Translations under genes and position numbers: made by a program | Assembly (NCBI RefSeq): GCF_004010195.1 | Contig: NC_057751.1 | Span: 13,466,711-13,497,499, forward strand | Length of the DNA: 30,789 nt | Reading direction: 5' to 3' | Source: Chiloscyllium plagiosum | Taxonomy: Eukaryota | The notes under the pieces: generated by a model | What the model saw: the letters and a program-made list of their open reading frames with translations, nothing else | The model's database searches: none | Told to the model about the DNA's origin: nothing | Shown: positions 11,380 to 22,330 of the stretch, piece after piece | Layout: every line of letters starts with the position of its first letter | How positions within the stretch are numbered: the first letter of the stretch is position 1

Positions 11380-12040
11380 CACTCCCCACCCATTTCCGCT
11401 TTCCCGATCCCTCCGTGACTACCTGGGCAGGTCCATACCCCCCAACAACCCACCCTCCCGTCCTGGCACCTTCCCCTCCCACCACAGAAATTGCAAAACC
11501 TGTGCCAACATCTCCTCCTTCACCTACATTCAAGGCCCCAAAGGAGCCTTCCACATCCATCAATGTTTTACCTGCACATCCACCAACATCATTTATTGTA
11601 TCCGTTGCTCCCAGTGCGGTCTCCTCTACATTGGGGAGACTGGACGCCTCCTAACAGAGCGCTTTAGTGAACATCTCCGGGACATCCGCACCAATCAACC
11701 TCACCGCCCTGTGGCCCAACATTTCAACTCCCCCTCCCACTCTGCCGAGGACATGCAGGTCCTGGGCCTCCTGCACTACCACTCCCTCACCACCCGACGC
11801 CTGGAGGAAGAACGCCTCATCTTCTGCCTCGGAACACTTCAACCCCAGGGCATCAATGTAGATTTCACCAGTTTCCTCATTTCCCCTTCCCTCACCTCAC
11901 TCCAGCTCACCCCCGTCTCATTTATCTCTCCACTCTGCAGGCACCTTGCCTCTATTCCTGATGAAGGGCTTTTGCCCAAAACATCAATTTTCCTGCTCCT
12001 CGGATGCTGCCTGACCTGCTTTTCCAGTACCACTCTAATC
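11380..12040 (+). mobile_element. Penelope-like retroelement 3' portion encoding GIY-YIG endonuclease
   Basis: The open frame from ~11462 reads PGTFP..RNCKTC...FTCTSTNIIYCIRCSQCGLLYIGETGRLLTERFSEH...VAQHFN...RRLEEERLIFCLGTLQPQGIN. It has the IY...YIG motif preceded by a Cys-rich linker, as in Neptune-type PLEs. Confidence 0.9.
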
Positions 12041-12519
12041 GAAACTATATTATTGTGTTGTTCATTCAGAATACTTTAGCAACTTGCCAAGATTTCTATC
12101 CTACTCTTAACTTTATTATACCATTTATTATTTACACTTATAAGACCACTTCCTTACAACAGCTTTTTTCCACGATACTTTCTCTTCAACTCTCTGTTCA
12201 TGCATGTATGTTACTTCCTTTGATGATATCACAGGCTATTATAGTGAATTCTTTATGGAACTTGGTCTTCCCTATGCAATGATACTACATCTTTACTCCC
12301 CAGTCCAGGCTCTGTTCTTAATTCAATGCTCTCTGAACTTCAATGAAAGTAACTGACTGTATTTTCCCAGATTCTGAACGACATGGACAATGGCAAGATA
12401 GTTGAGAAAATATAGTGAGAACGAAAATGTGAGATTCTTGATGTTGCGATAAATGCATGATTTTCCACATCAGGTTTCAGCAGCTGGATGAGAATATCAT
12501 GAGTCGTACTTACCGGCAG

Positions 12520-12680
12520 ATGTGTCAACTGGTGGTCATTTGTTCTGAGGGTCACAAATTCCCAAGAAAAGGGAGAGGTTGAGAAGGAAGGTTCATCGTG
12601 TAAACTTCAGCCAGTGCAGAAACCTGAACCCGCACTGTCGGTGTCACTGTGCCTCTCAAACCAACCATCTAGTTAACTGA
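12520..12680 (-). mobile_element. tRNA-derived SINE, 5' part (minus copy of a head-to-head pair)
   Basis: Reverse complement 'gtcagttaactagatggttggtttg...cagtgacaccgacagtgcgggttcaggtttctgcactggctgaag...ttctcaacctctccc' has a tRNA-like head with a GGTTCA B-box-like motif and aligns with 12682-12875. Confidence 0.6.
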
Positions 12681-12681
12681 C

Positions 12682-12875
12682 GTTTGTGATATAGAGTAAT
12701 GTCAACAGCATGGACTTAAATTCTTGCACTGACTGAGGCAACCATGAAGCACTCTCTTTCTCAGCCTCTCCCCTCACCAGAGACATAGTCATGCTCAAAC
12801 TACCACATATCATCTCTCCCTGACAAGAGAGCAGCCCTCTGATCATGTAGGATGGTAATGACTTCACCTTTATTT
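12682..12875 (+). mobile_element. tRNA-derived SINE, same family, plus copy
   Basis: 'gtttgtgatatagagtaatgtcaacagcatggacttaaattcttgcactgactgaggcaaccatgaag...ttctcagcctctcccc' parallels the inverted copy immediately to its left and ends in 'gacttcaccttta'. Confidence 0.6.
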
Positions 12876-13779
12876 GCATGCATTAACATCTTATTATTGC
12901 CTCATCTCTTCTCATTTGTATGCAGATTTCTATTCTCCCAGCTGTCAGAGAGAAACTAGATGGTACCAATTTACCTCTTAAAAGTTAGAGCAGTATTTTG
13001 GTGGCTGCAGCTTGCTCGTGTCTTCTCCAGGCAGCCACCCTGGCCAGTAACCCCCAACTTCTCAGGGATGCTCCATGGGCCAGTGACCACCTGCACCTCC
13101 ATCCACAGAGGTTGGCATTGGCAAAGCACACCATCATGACACATGTCAGACTAACACATGATACAATTCAGCATTTTAATATCGCACTTTGGAGCTCACC
13201 AATATCTGAGTTTGCAATGCTGCTATGAGGCTGCTTTGTAGGCAGGAATGGACAGTCATCTCCTACATCACAGCAAGATACATTGCAGGGCTTATGGCAT
13301 GCTTTCTTAGTGCTCACTCACTTTGCACTTCTAGCATTTGACCTTGCCTTGCCTTTAACAAAAGCAGCAAGTCAGCTATGATTGCCAGCAATGAACAATC
13401 AAGGGGAAATGTTGGTGGACAATATTGTTCTGTCAATATCATCCCAACAGCATAAGGCAGCAGCTTATGGGACAAACACTGCATGTACTTCAACCAAATG
13501 GCCACGTTTGAATGTCTGAAGAGGTGGTAGGGTAGTCCCCAGTCCAGTCATGAAAGACAATGGTCAGTTAGGAGCTGGATCTGTCCTCAGGAAACATGGT
13601 GATGAGGTGTCCTGACTGATTCAGTAGGAAGCGCAGAGGGCGGAAAGGGGTAGTAGATTATTGAGGGGGATGGGTCATGGAGAGCCATAGTGGGAACAAT
13701 ATTGTGGTCAGCAGTGGTAGAAGTGGGTGCAATGGCAGAGATGGAATCAGTGAGTGATACAGAGAAAAAATGGTGGTAC

Positions 13780-13915
13780 TTGTCCTTGCAGAATGAGGAA
13801 GGTCATTAACTTTGCTGTGTTGCAGCTCATTCCTTTGGACCATGGGCACCGCACTGACCCAGGTGGCAACTTAAGACCAGGTTGGCAATGTTTGAATTGC
13901 TGCATTGTTGGGGTT
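13780..13915 (-). mobile_element. Myb/SANT-like DNA-binding ORF remnant (Harbinger second gene)
   Basis: Minus-strand translation TLPTWS*VATWVSAVPMVQRNELQHSKVNDLPHSAR resembles the W-eVA--VsA-----R---QcrKkvNDL trihelix motif of Harbinger Myb-like proteins. Confidence 0.6.
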
Positions 13916-14279
13916 TAAATGTAATACCTGTGACAAGAACAGTTTTAAGGTTCCAGCACCAATGGGCACCTCTGTCACTGCTAACAAAAGATTGAGCGAG
14001 AACTGCACCACAGAATTGTGTTGCATACTTAATGAAGTGAGCAGAATAAAATCGTGAGAAAAGCTGCTGGCCCTCACTGATGGAAAACCTCCTTGAAACT
14101 CCCTGAAATTGACATTTAGCGAAATTTAGAGGAAATTCAATGCTTCAGTCTCCTAGTCAATTGGAACATAACTAAACAAAGACTTGTGTGAAATGTAGTG
14201 ACTTTGAGTGCTCTCTTTGGCAATTGTGTTTTTCCTTGCTCTTTCTATTGTTCTGTTGTTCTTTTTTTTCTCCTTTTTT

Positions 14280-16047
14280 TCCCCCTTGAGATCCATGTCT
14301 TCTCTTATACCAATAAACATTAATTGTGTCTTTATAATGTGTCCTTCTGATAGAGGGTTGCAGGAACAAGTTGTTATCGTTCTGACTTCCAAGTTTCAAA
14401 TCATCACTATCTGGTTTCAATCCAGTGGGTGGGAGAATTGAAAACTGCTCACCAAAGACGCAATGCAACATAATAATGAGGATGTTAATGCATGTAAAAA
14501 TGCACCCCCCGCCGCCACTCAGTATAGAGAAGCTTATCTTGTCATTCAACAATTGGATGGACAATTTGACTCTGCTCCTGATGCCAGCAAGTTTCTCACT
14601 GCTCATCTTGTGCATTTCTCCCAACATTCTTGCCAATACCCAAGTTGTCAGTGCCTGGGAAGACTCTACCCTGTGTCTTTGACCTATGGCATTAATGTAT
14701 GTGGTAGGACAGGAATCTGTATTCATAACCTTCCTCCCTTGAGTAACTCTCACGAAGCAATCCTATTTTGCAAGGAAGAGGATCTACAACTCAAGATGGC
14801 TGAATAAAAATCCTCATCCTTTTCATTCAAATGATTCTTGAAAACTCTTGAAATCTGTATTTGAAATGAGAATTGTCAACTGTTATCACAAAAACAAAAA
14901 CTCCACCATGGAAAAAAAATATAGTTTCACTGAAAGTATCATTGCTTAAGTGTGGCCATGTAAACGTGTTACTTCAATCCACCTCAAATATTAATTTACT
15001 TCTATTAGGAATACTTTCCCTTTACAATCAGATAATTCCATTCTTATGCATTTCTGTGACATTGGAGGAAAATAAAATGATTCCAGTTTCTGAATTGTAC
15101 ATGATACATCTGGTTCCAATTTTCCTTGTGAGACCTGGCCACCAAACTGAATACTGTGCTCTGGCTTGCACACCGCAATACCTAAGTTACCTTGTAGCAT
15201 TTCAAGTTTCAGTTTTCTTGGGTTTACTATTTGATCATTGTGAGCTAGTAAATCTTGATTATCGTCAGATGTGCTCATTGTTTGAAATATGGCCTCAAGA
15301 TAAAGCTATGTGCCGTTTATGTTGGCTCTCCTCAACTAAAAAATATTTAATCTGATTTCACTCCTTACTTTAAGCCTCTTTGCCTTAACTTCTCAGTATA
15401 TCATTTTTGGTAATGTATGGACTATTATAAAGCCAAACTCATCATGTTCTTCCACAGTTCATGGTTGCATTATTCTCAATTCTCTGTTTCAATGCACGAT
15501 AATGTATCTGCTCTGCCCTGTTGTTTCCTTGGACATGCACCATCTGAATATCAAACCTCCTCAGTCTTAACTTAAACCTTTGCACTCTTGACAGTATCGC
15601 AGCAACCTCTTTTGAATTCAGTACATTGTCAAAAAGCTTGTGAGCTGTTTTCTTTGTACTGTGGAGACCTAAGATGTAGTCAGCAAATGTCTCACATGCC
15701 CACATCATTGCTGATAATTTCTTTTAGACGACTGCATATCTCTTCTAATTATCTGTTCCTGACTATGATGCGTGACAGACTGCATTTCCATCTCTTTGTA
15801 CCATTAAACAGTACTGTCCCCATTCCTGTAGAGGAGGCATCTGCTGCTATTAGTGTAGATAATTCCAATTCATAATGTGCTAATGTCTCTGATGACATCA
15901 GCTTTTTCTTGATTTTTACCAAATGATTTCTGATGTGCTTCTTTCTAACATCACTCATTGTTTTGGCCTAAGAATAAAGCTCAACATGACAGGACACCAG
16001 TCAAGATTTATTGAGAAATAATGCCACTTGGTCCACTATTCCCATAG
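14280..16047 (-). mobile_element. Ty3/Gypsy-like LTR retrotransposon pol remnant (RT C-terminus, RNase H, integrase)
   Basis: In minus-strand order: MGIVDQVALFL; KIKKKLMSSETLAHY..LIAADASSTGMGTVLF; WACETFADYILGLH...LSRVQRFKLRLRRFDIQMVHVQG (RNase H); QGNLGIAVC/QARAQYSVWWPGL (integrase zinc-binding region); YLRWIEVTRLH; KKDEDFYSAILSCRSSSLQN..ELL.G.RL*IQIPVLP. Many stops and frameshifts. The purine run at ~14265-14290 may be the PPT. Confidence 0.88.
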
Positions 16048-16140
16048 GTAAAAACAATGACTGCAGATGCTGGAAACCAGATTCTGAATCAGTGGTGCTG
16101 GAAGAGCACAGCAATTCAGGCAGCATCCGACGAGCAGCAA

Positions 16141-16176
16141 AATCGACGTTTCGGGCAAAAGCCCTTCATCAGGAAT
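16141..16176 (-). ncRNA. Minimal type I hammerhead ribozyme motif, core intact
   Basis: Minus strand reads attc-CTGATGA-a-GGGC-tttt-GCCC-GAAA-C-GTC-gatt: conserved core, 4-bp helix II, palindromic ACGU helix III and a GUC cleavage triplet. Confidence 0.75.
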
Positions 16177-16275
16177 AAAGGCAGAGAGCCTGAAGCATGG
16201 AGAGATAAGCTAGAGGAGGGTGGGGGTGGGGACAAGTAGCATAGAGTACAATAGGTTAGTGGAACCTCCCCCACT

Positions 16276-16292
16276 NNNNNNNNNNNNNNNNN
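16276..16292. other. Assembly gap (17 N)
   Basis: Run of N in the sequence. Confidence 1.
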
Positions 16293-16672
16293 GGTGGAGT
16301 GGGAGGGGGAGTTGAAATGTTGTGCCACGGGGCGGTTTGGTTGATTGGTGCGGGTGTCTCGGAGATGTTCCCTAAAGCGCTCTGCTAGGAGGCGTCCAGT
16401 CTCCCCAATGTAGAGGAGACCGCATCGGGAGCAATGGATACAATAAATGATATTAGTGGATGTGCAGGTAAAACTTTGATGGATGTGGAAGGCTCCTTTA
16501 GGACCTTGGATAGAGGTGAGGGAGGAGATGTGGGCACAGGTTTTACAGTTCCTGCGGTGGCAGGGGAAAGTGCCAGGATGGGAGGGGGGGGCGTGGACCT
16601 GACCAGGTAGTCACGGAGGGAACGGTCTTTGCGGAAGGCGGAAAGGGGTGAGGAGGGAAATATATCCCTGGT

Positions 16673-17650
16673 GTTCTGTGATTTTTCTTCTAATTGCAAT
16701 AAACTGCCTGAATATTTCCCATCCTTTTGCAACAATGACATCACGTGCCTTTGTCAAGGTAACTCCCACATTTCTGTCTTCTCTCCTGTACCAGCAATAG
16801 CTCATTTGGGCTTCACCAGCTAATTATTTTCATGCCACAACTGCCTCATTCTCTGTATTTTTCCTTTTATTCAGCTGATGAATTACATTCTTTTGAATCT
16901 AGGCTGTCCCCTTCTCTGCTTTGATTACCAACGTCTTCTGCCTCCTGATTTCAGCTTACCCACTTAATTGCATCATTGACATCACTGCAAATTATTTGAT
17001 AATGAATCATTTGCTACTTCAGCGATTATTTGTCACAAATGATCTCATCTAGCAGATTACCAGCCTTCTGCAAATCATTGATACTTTTCCAATTTCTCTG
17101 GGTACATTTGTTGAATTTTTAATATTCCACAATGCTGCTCATGCCAATAACTTTGACATTTGTGGCTTTACCCTCATTGATCCCTAGGTTTGATGATTAC
17201 ATTAGATTCCCTACAGTATGGAAACAGGCCCTTCAGCCTGACAAATCCACACTGACACTCCAAAGAGTAACCCACCCAGACCCATTCCCCCACCCAATAT
17301 TTATCCCTGACTAATGCACCTAACGCTATGGGCAATATAGCATGGCCAATTCACCTGACCTGCACACCTTTGGATTGTGGGAGGAAACTGGAGCACACGG
17401 AGGAAACCCATGCAGACATGAGGAGAATGTGCAAACTCCACACAGACAGTCACTCGAGGCTGGAATCGAACCTGGGACCCTGGCGCTGTGAAGCAGCAGT
17501 GCTAACCACTGAGCCATCGTGTCATCAGCACAGTCATTTATTGCATACAAAAATGGACTGATCTGTTTGCCGACTGTCCTATTTTGACCATGCCTCAGCA
17601 TTTTCTAAAGGCTCCAAAAGAGGTAGAGACTTTGAGACGTAAGAAATACT
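16673..17650 (-). mobile_element. Gypsy-like gag remnant (interrupted by a SINE at 17202-17523)
   Basis: Minus-strand pieces SLPLLEPLENAEAWSK, KQISPFLYAINDCA, LGINEGKAT, KFNKCTQRNWKSINDL, NEIICDK/IIAEVANDSLSNNLQ and AEIRRQ follow, in the expected order, the recalled Gypsy gag pattern (QVSTLLYAMG; AKFN-R-Q--GES; ELIRDRIVVG--D--LS--LQ). Confidence 0.7.
17202..17523 (-). mobile_element. HE1-like V-SINE, essentially full length
   Basis: Minus strand shows a tRNA head with A box (tggctcagtggttagc) and B box (ggttcgattcc), the V-domain 'gtgtggagtttgcacattctcctcatgtctgcatgggtttcctccgtgtgctccagtttcctcccacaatccaaag' and a CR1-derived tail ending (aatct)n. Confidence 0.92.
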
Positions 17651-20169
17651 GCCACAAAATCTTATTGCATTGTTTGGTAGGAGTAGTTGCAGTAATTCTT
17701 GAAGACTGCTAGCTTTAAAGTGCCCAATTTTATTCCAACTTATTACAGTTATGAAAACGTTCCATGACACGTTGCTTCTCTTCTCAAATTACGAATGTGT
17801 CACATCACAAACTATGACACTTTCCGCTTTAGGGGACTTTGTTTGATATACTCCATTAATGGACCAATTCAATCATTTTGGAGGTTACTTTTCTCTGTAA
17901 TCAGACTTTAAGGTGATCTGATAAACACAATAATAATTTGGATGAAGATATTTTCAGTTCTGAAAATTGGAATTTCAAGCTCCTACCCAATAGGTGGGTT
18001 GAATACCACAACGGAAATTATATAAGTAATTGAAGGAGAAAATGGTAAAACGTTATGCAGATTGGAACTAAGTGAATTCGGGTCAGAGAGATGGCATTTA
18101 TGGAGTTTAAACTCAGGCAAAGAGCAATGGTGCTAAATATGCTGTAGATTTTAAGTAACTGTATGTAAAGTTGCAGATTAAATTGTCTCAGTGATGATAT
18201 GTAATAACTTATTTCGCAGCTTTATGAATTTTCAGATGAATTTCAGCCTGTTTGACATTTAGTGGAAATGTCAGCAAAACCTTGTTATCAAATGAAATTT
18301 GTTCCTACAACCGGTCAGAAGTAATTTTGTTTTGCCCGCTGCTACATTCAGTCATTACAAAATGCACTCCTAGTTTTTTGTGATAGAATATCAACAGCTG
18401 TCTGAAATGCCCAATTCGATGTTTAAAGTGTCGACAAGTAGCTGTTCAGGCTTGTGACTTGACTTTGAATATTGTGCTGTCAGCTAGGTCTGCTGGAAAT
18501 GTATTCTGGAACAAAATTATGTTCAGAGGAAATATTCTTTCTATTATATACCAGGAACAGAAAATCTTTTTTAAAGTAATCGTCTTAAGCTTTGCTTCAC
18601 ATATCATGCTCATCTTTCTTTGAACAGTAAATGTTGACTTCATGGCTGCAGAAAACTCTTTCGTTTTCATTTCTAGACGCACGATAGTTGCACTGTTGAG
18701 TATTTGACATTTTCTGCTCTATTTCCAGAACAAGAATGAGCAACAAGCACTTCATATTCTTGTATACGCAGTAGTGAAAAATAATCCAAACTAGTTTCCT
18801 CCAGCAATGTCATCAGACTATGACTTGTCTGCAGTTTGTATATATTGCTTGATTTTGTTTTCTGTTCTATTTTACTCCCAAATCTGATTATTAAAAACTC
18901 ACAGCAGGGAAAGCTCACTTAATTACTGATGAATGGTCTTCGTCCAGTAATTATTCGCCACGTGCAAGATTAATCTAAAACGTATCCATCCTTCTCGCCT
19001 TTTTATTTATCAGTCGCATTCCCAGGCATTGGGAGTGTTAAGATCGCTATCACCATTCTATTTTTATGGCATTATCAATTTATTATCTTGATGCATTATA
19101 CTGTCCTCCCAAAAAACACTTTCACGAGATTGCTCAGAAGACAATAGAGGATTCATGGTCAACTATTATTTTAGTTCAGTGAAATACTGAGCTTAATGCC
19201 ATAATCAAGTCAGAAGCTCAAGTGTAGCCCTATAAAACTGTGTTCCAAGTTCAGAGCTTTGTGACTGGAAATTCAGAAAACTGATCAAGAGGCAATAGAA
19301 TGGAACATTTCTCTAAGTTATCAAGAAATAGTCTCATCAAGTTCGGCTTTACACAATTTCCCTGTATGCATTATACATACTATTTAAAGATGAGTTTTTG
19401 ACATTTCAAAAGTTGTTGGGAGTAAGTAACATAAGATTTTTGTGGTTCATTTACATATAATAAAAATTTAATAAATATAAACATTGTAAAGTTTCGACTT
19501 CTGTTACTTAAGGATTTACACTTACTCATTTTAACTTTCATGTATGCTATTCATGAGTTTCCCTTCTGATACTCTTGTATATCTGTTTGAGATATTTTGA
19601 TAGAGCAGCTTAAACAAATGCAATACTATATATTTACCATATAAAATAGAATTGTATGTACTGTATTGTGTAATGTGATCGGTTGATAAATTAGGTAAAT
19701 CCAAGATAGCTCAGATAATGCATTTTGTACAACATATTGAACGCATTTAATGACACAAAAGATTTAATAAGATCCAGCTCCAGTGGTCATGTCTTTTACT
19801 TTCAGACACTCCTTCTATCTTCCTGCTCATGTCAAATGGTTGGTTGTGCATTTCTAAACAAGCCATTACATAAGGAACTGATTAACTCAGTTCACACAGT
19901 CTAAGTTCCGGTGTGGGGAACACAAATCATCTTGTGCATGTGTTGAATAAATAGCTTTACAGAAAATTAATAGCCACTTTAAACCAATCTACGAGTAAAG
20001 TCCTAAAATTGACATTTGCTATGGAAGATGAGAATTCCTGATTCAAAGTAGATCCTATCCCACATGTTGATACATGTCAGACAAAACATGTCAGACACTT
20101 GAATGCATATACCCATCAATATATACATGTTCAATTATTGACGCTTTTTTGGACAAATATCATTGAATG

Positions 20170-21680
20170 CCAGAGCACATTTGATGGGCTTAATGCTACA
20201 AACAGGATAGATAAAGAGAAAGGAGTGGATATAATATATTGGATTTTCAGAAGCCGTTTGATAAAATACCAGACATTACGTTCTTCAAGAATTTAAGAGC
20301 CCATGGTGCTTGAGGTAATATGTAAGCATGGATAAAGGGTTGGGTAACAAATATAATTCAGAAAGTTGGGACACAGGCATATTCAGGATAGTAATATGTA
20401 CCTCATGGATCAGTGATGAGGTCTCAATTATTTACAACATTTATTAATGACTTGCATGAGGAAAGTGATAGTCAAATTTGTAGATGATGCAAAAATCAGA
20501 AACAATGATACAAAGAGAATGGGCAAAGATTTGGCAGATGGAACATAATGCCAAGAAATGTAAGATTCTGCACTTCCAGCAGGAAGAATAGAGCAGCAAA
20601 GTATAATTGAAATGGAGAAAGACTGCAGACAAGTGGGAATCCCCATGAATGAATCAAATAAGCTAACATCCAAGTTCAACAGGGTAATATGAAAAGAAAA
20701 TGCAATATTGTCCTTTATTTCAAGGGGAATGGTGAATAAAAGTAAGGGGGTGTTGCTAAAACTAGTCAACCATAGCTGGAATGCTGTGAATGGTTTGGGG
20801 CAGTTCAAGGAAGGTTCACTTTGTAGATCCTGGGAATGGAGGGATTTTCAGCCAAAGAAAGATTGAGGATTTTGGTTCTGAATTTATTGGAGCTGAGAAG
20901 AATGAGAGATAATCTTATTGAAACACATAAAATTCTGAGGGCATTTGATAGGATATGAGATAATTTACTGTAATAGGAGAGTCTTGGACCAGAGGGCATA
21001 TTCTCAGAATAAGGGATTATCTACTTAATGAGAAGAGGAGGAATTTGAGAGAGTCATAACGTCTTACAGCACGAAAACAGACCTTTCAGTCCAACGCGTC
21101 CCACCAATCAGACTTCCCAATCTGACCTGGTCCCATTTGCCAACATTCGGCCTATTTCTCTCTAAACATTTCCCATTCATGTACCCTTCCAGATGCCTTT
21201 TATATGTTGTAACTATACCTGCCTCCACCACTTCCTCTGGCAGCTCATTCTGTGACGCCTGCATGAAACAATTACCCACCAGGTCCTTTTTAAATCTTTC
21301 CCCTCTCACCTTAAACATGTCTCTCAGAAGGTAGTGAATGTGTGGAATTCTTTATCACAGGAAGCCATTGCCAGGTATGGAAGGATTGTCATAGGAGGAG
21401 AGGTTGAGTGGGTTCGACCTGTGCTCATTGGAATTTCCAATAATGGGAGGTGACCTTATTGAAACATAGAAAATTCTTCACGGACTTGACAGAGAAGATG
21501 CAGAGAGATTGTTTCCCCTTCTGAGAGAGTCTAGAACCAGAAGGCATAATCTCAGAATAAGGGTCACACATTTAAGACAGAAGTTATGAGGAATTTCTTC
21601 TTTCAGATGGTAGTGATCGGTACGATTCTTTCTACAGAGAACTGTCAAGGCTGTGACAATTGATATATTCAAGACTGAAT
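20170..21680 (+). mobile_element. CR1 LINE RT and 3' ORF2 remnants (composite)
   Basis: Recognisable pieces are NRIDKEKGVDIIY.DFQKPFDK, FTTFINDL..ESDS/KFVDDAK (RT YADD-like motif) and ESRTRRHNLRIRVTHLRQK. Many stops and deletions. Confidence 0.8.
21047..21320 (-). mobile_element. CR1 3' fragment nested in antisense within an older CR1
   Basis: ORF 21064-21318 (FKVRGERFKKDL...NELPEEVVEAG..TTYKRHLEGYM) is the CR1 ORF2 C-terminus. The host reads 'gaggaggaattt' | 'ctctcagaaggtagtgaatgtgtggaattc' across it. Confidence 0.85.
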
Positions 21681-21689
21681 AGTAATAGA

Positions 21690-22330
21690 AATGTGAGGTA
21701 ATGCACTTTGGTTGAAAGAACCCTGAAAGACAATTTAAAATAGGATGTATAATTCTAAAGAGGTTGCAGGAGCAAAGGTACCTAGGTGTTAATGTGCACA
21801 GATTAAAAAGGTGACAGGACACATGAGTGCAGTTAATGAAGTGTGCAAGTGTTCTCGGCTTTATCAATAGTGTCGTAGATTTCAAAAGCAGCGAGGTAAT
21901 GTTGAACTTCTACATTGCACTTGTTAGACCTCAGCTGGAATGTTGTGTAAAGCTGTGGGTCCCACATTATGGGAAAAAATCCATCTGAGAGAATACAGAA
22001 GACATTTCCAAAAATGTTTCCAGAAATGAAGAACTTCAGTTATGAGAAATCAGTGAAGAAGTTGAAACTGTTATCTTTGGAGAGAAGATGGCTTAAAGGA
22101 GCTTTGATAGAGGTTTTTTTTAAAAAATGAGTGGTCTTCATGGAAAATCATGGAATCATACAGTACAGAGAGGTTCTTTGGCCCTTCGAGTCTGCATCAA
22201 GAATTAAAGTATGGAATGCACTGCTTGCAAATGTGGTGGAGCAGGTTCAATTGATGTAGTCAAGAGGGTATTGGTTAATTATGTGGATAGAAATGGTGTG
22301 CAGGGATGTTGAGGGGTGGGCAGGATATTG
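21690..22330 (+). mobile_element. CR1 ORF2 3' remnant
   Basis: 'tgtgaggtaatgcactttgg' (CEVMHFG), EVMLNFYIALVRPQLECCVKLWVPHY and FSYEK..KLKLLSLERRWLKGALIEVF. Confidence 0.75.

Larger units (their letters stand above)
16048..16672 (-). mobile_element. Penelope-like element 3' portion (GIY-YIG), same family as 11380-12040, spanning an assembly gap
   Basis: The reverse complement of 16293-16630 is nearly collinear with 11395-11745 (ctctacattggggagactggacgcctcct encodes LYIGETGRL). The terminal region 16048-16260 carries a hammerhead motif. Confidence 0.9.

Noticed and set aside
14153..14807. Cluster of overlapping ORFs (193, 114, 85 aa) as a novel gene
   Set aside because: It overlaps the decayed Gypsy integrase C-terminus and 3' region plus a low-complexity purine tract, with no coherent product.
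17440..17523. tRNA gene
   Set aside because: The A and B boxes belong to a SINE head that continues into the V-domain and LINE-derived tail. The same applies at 23260-23340.
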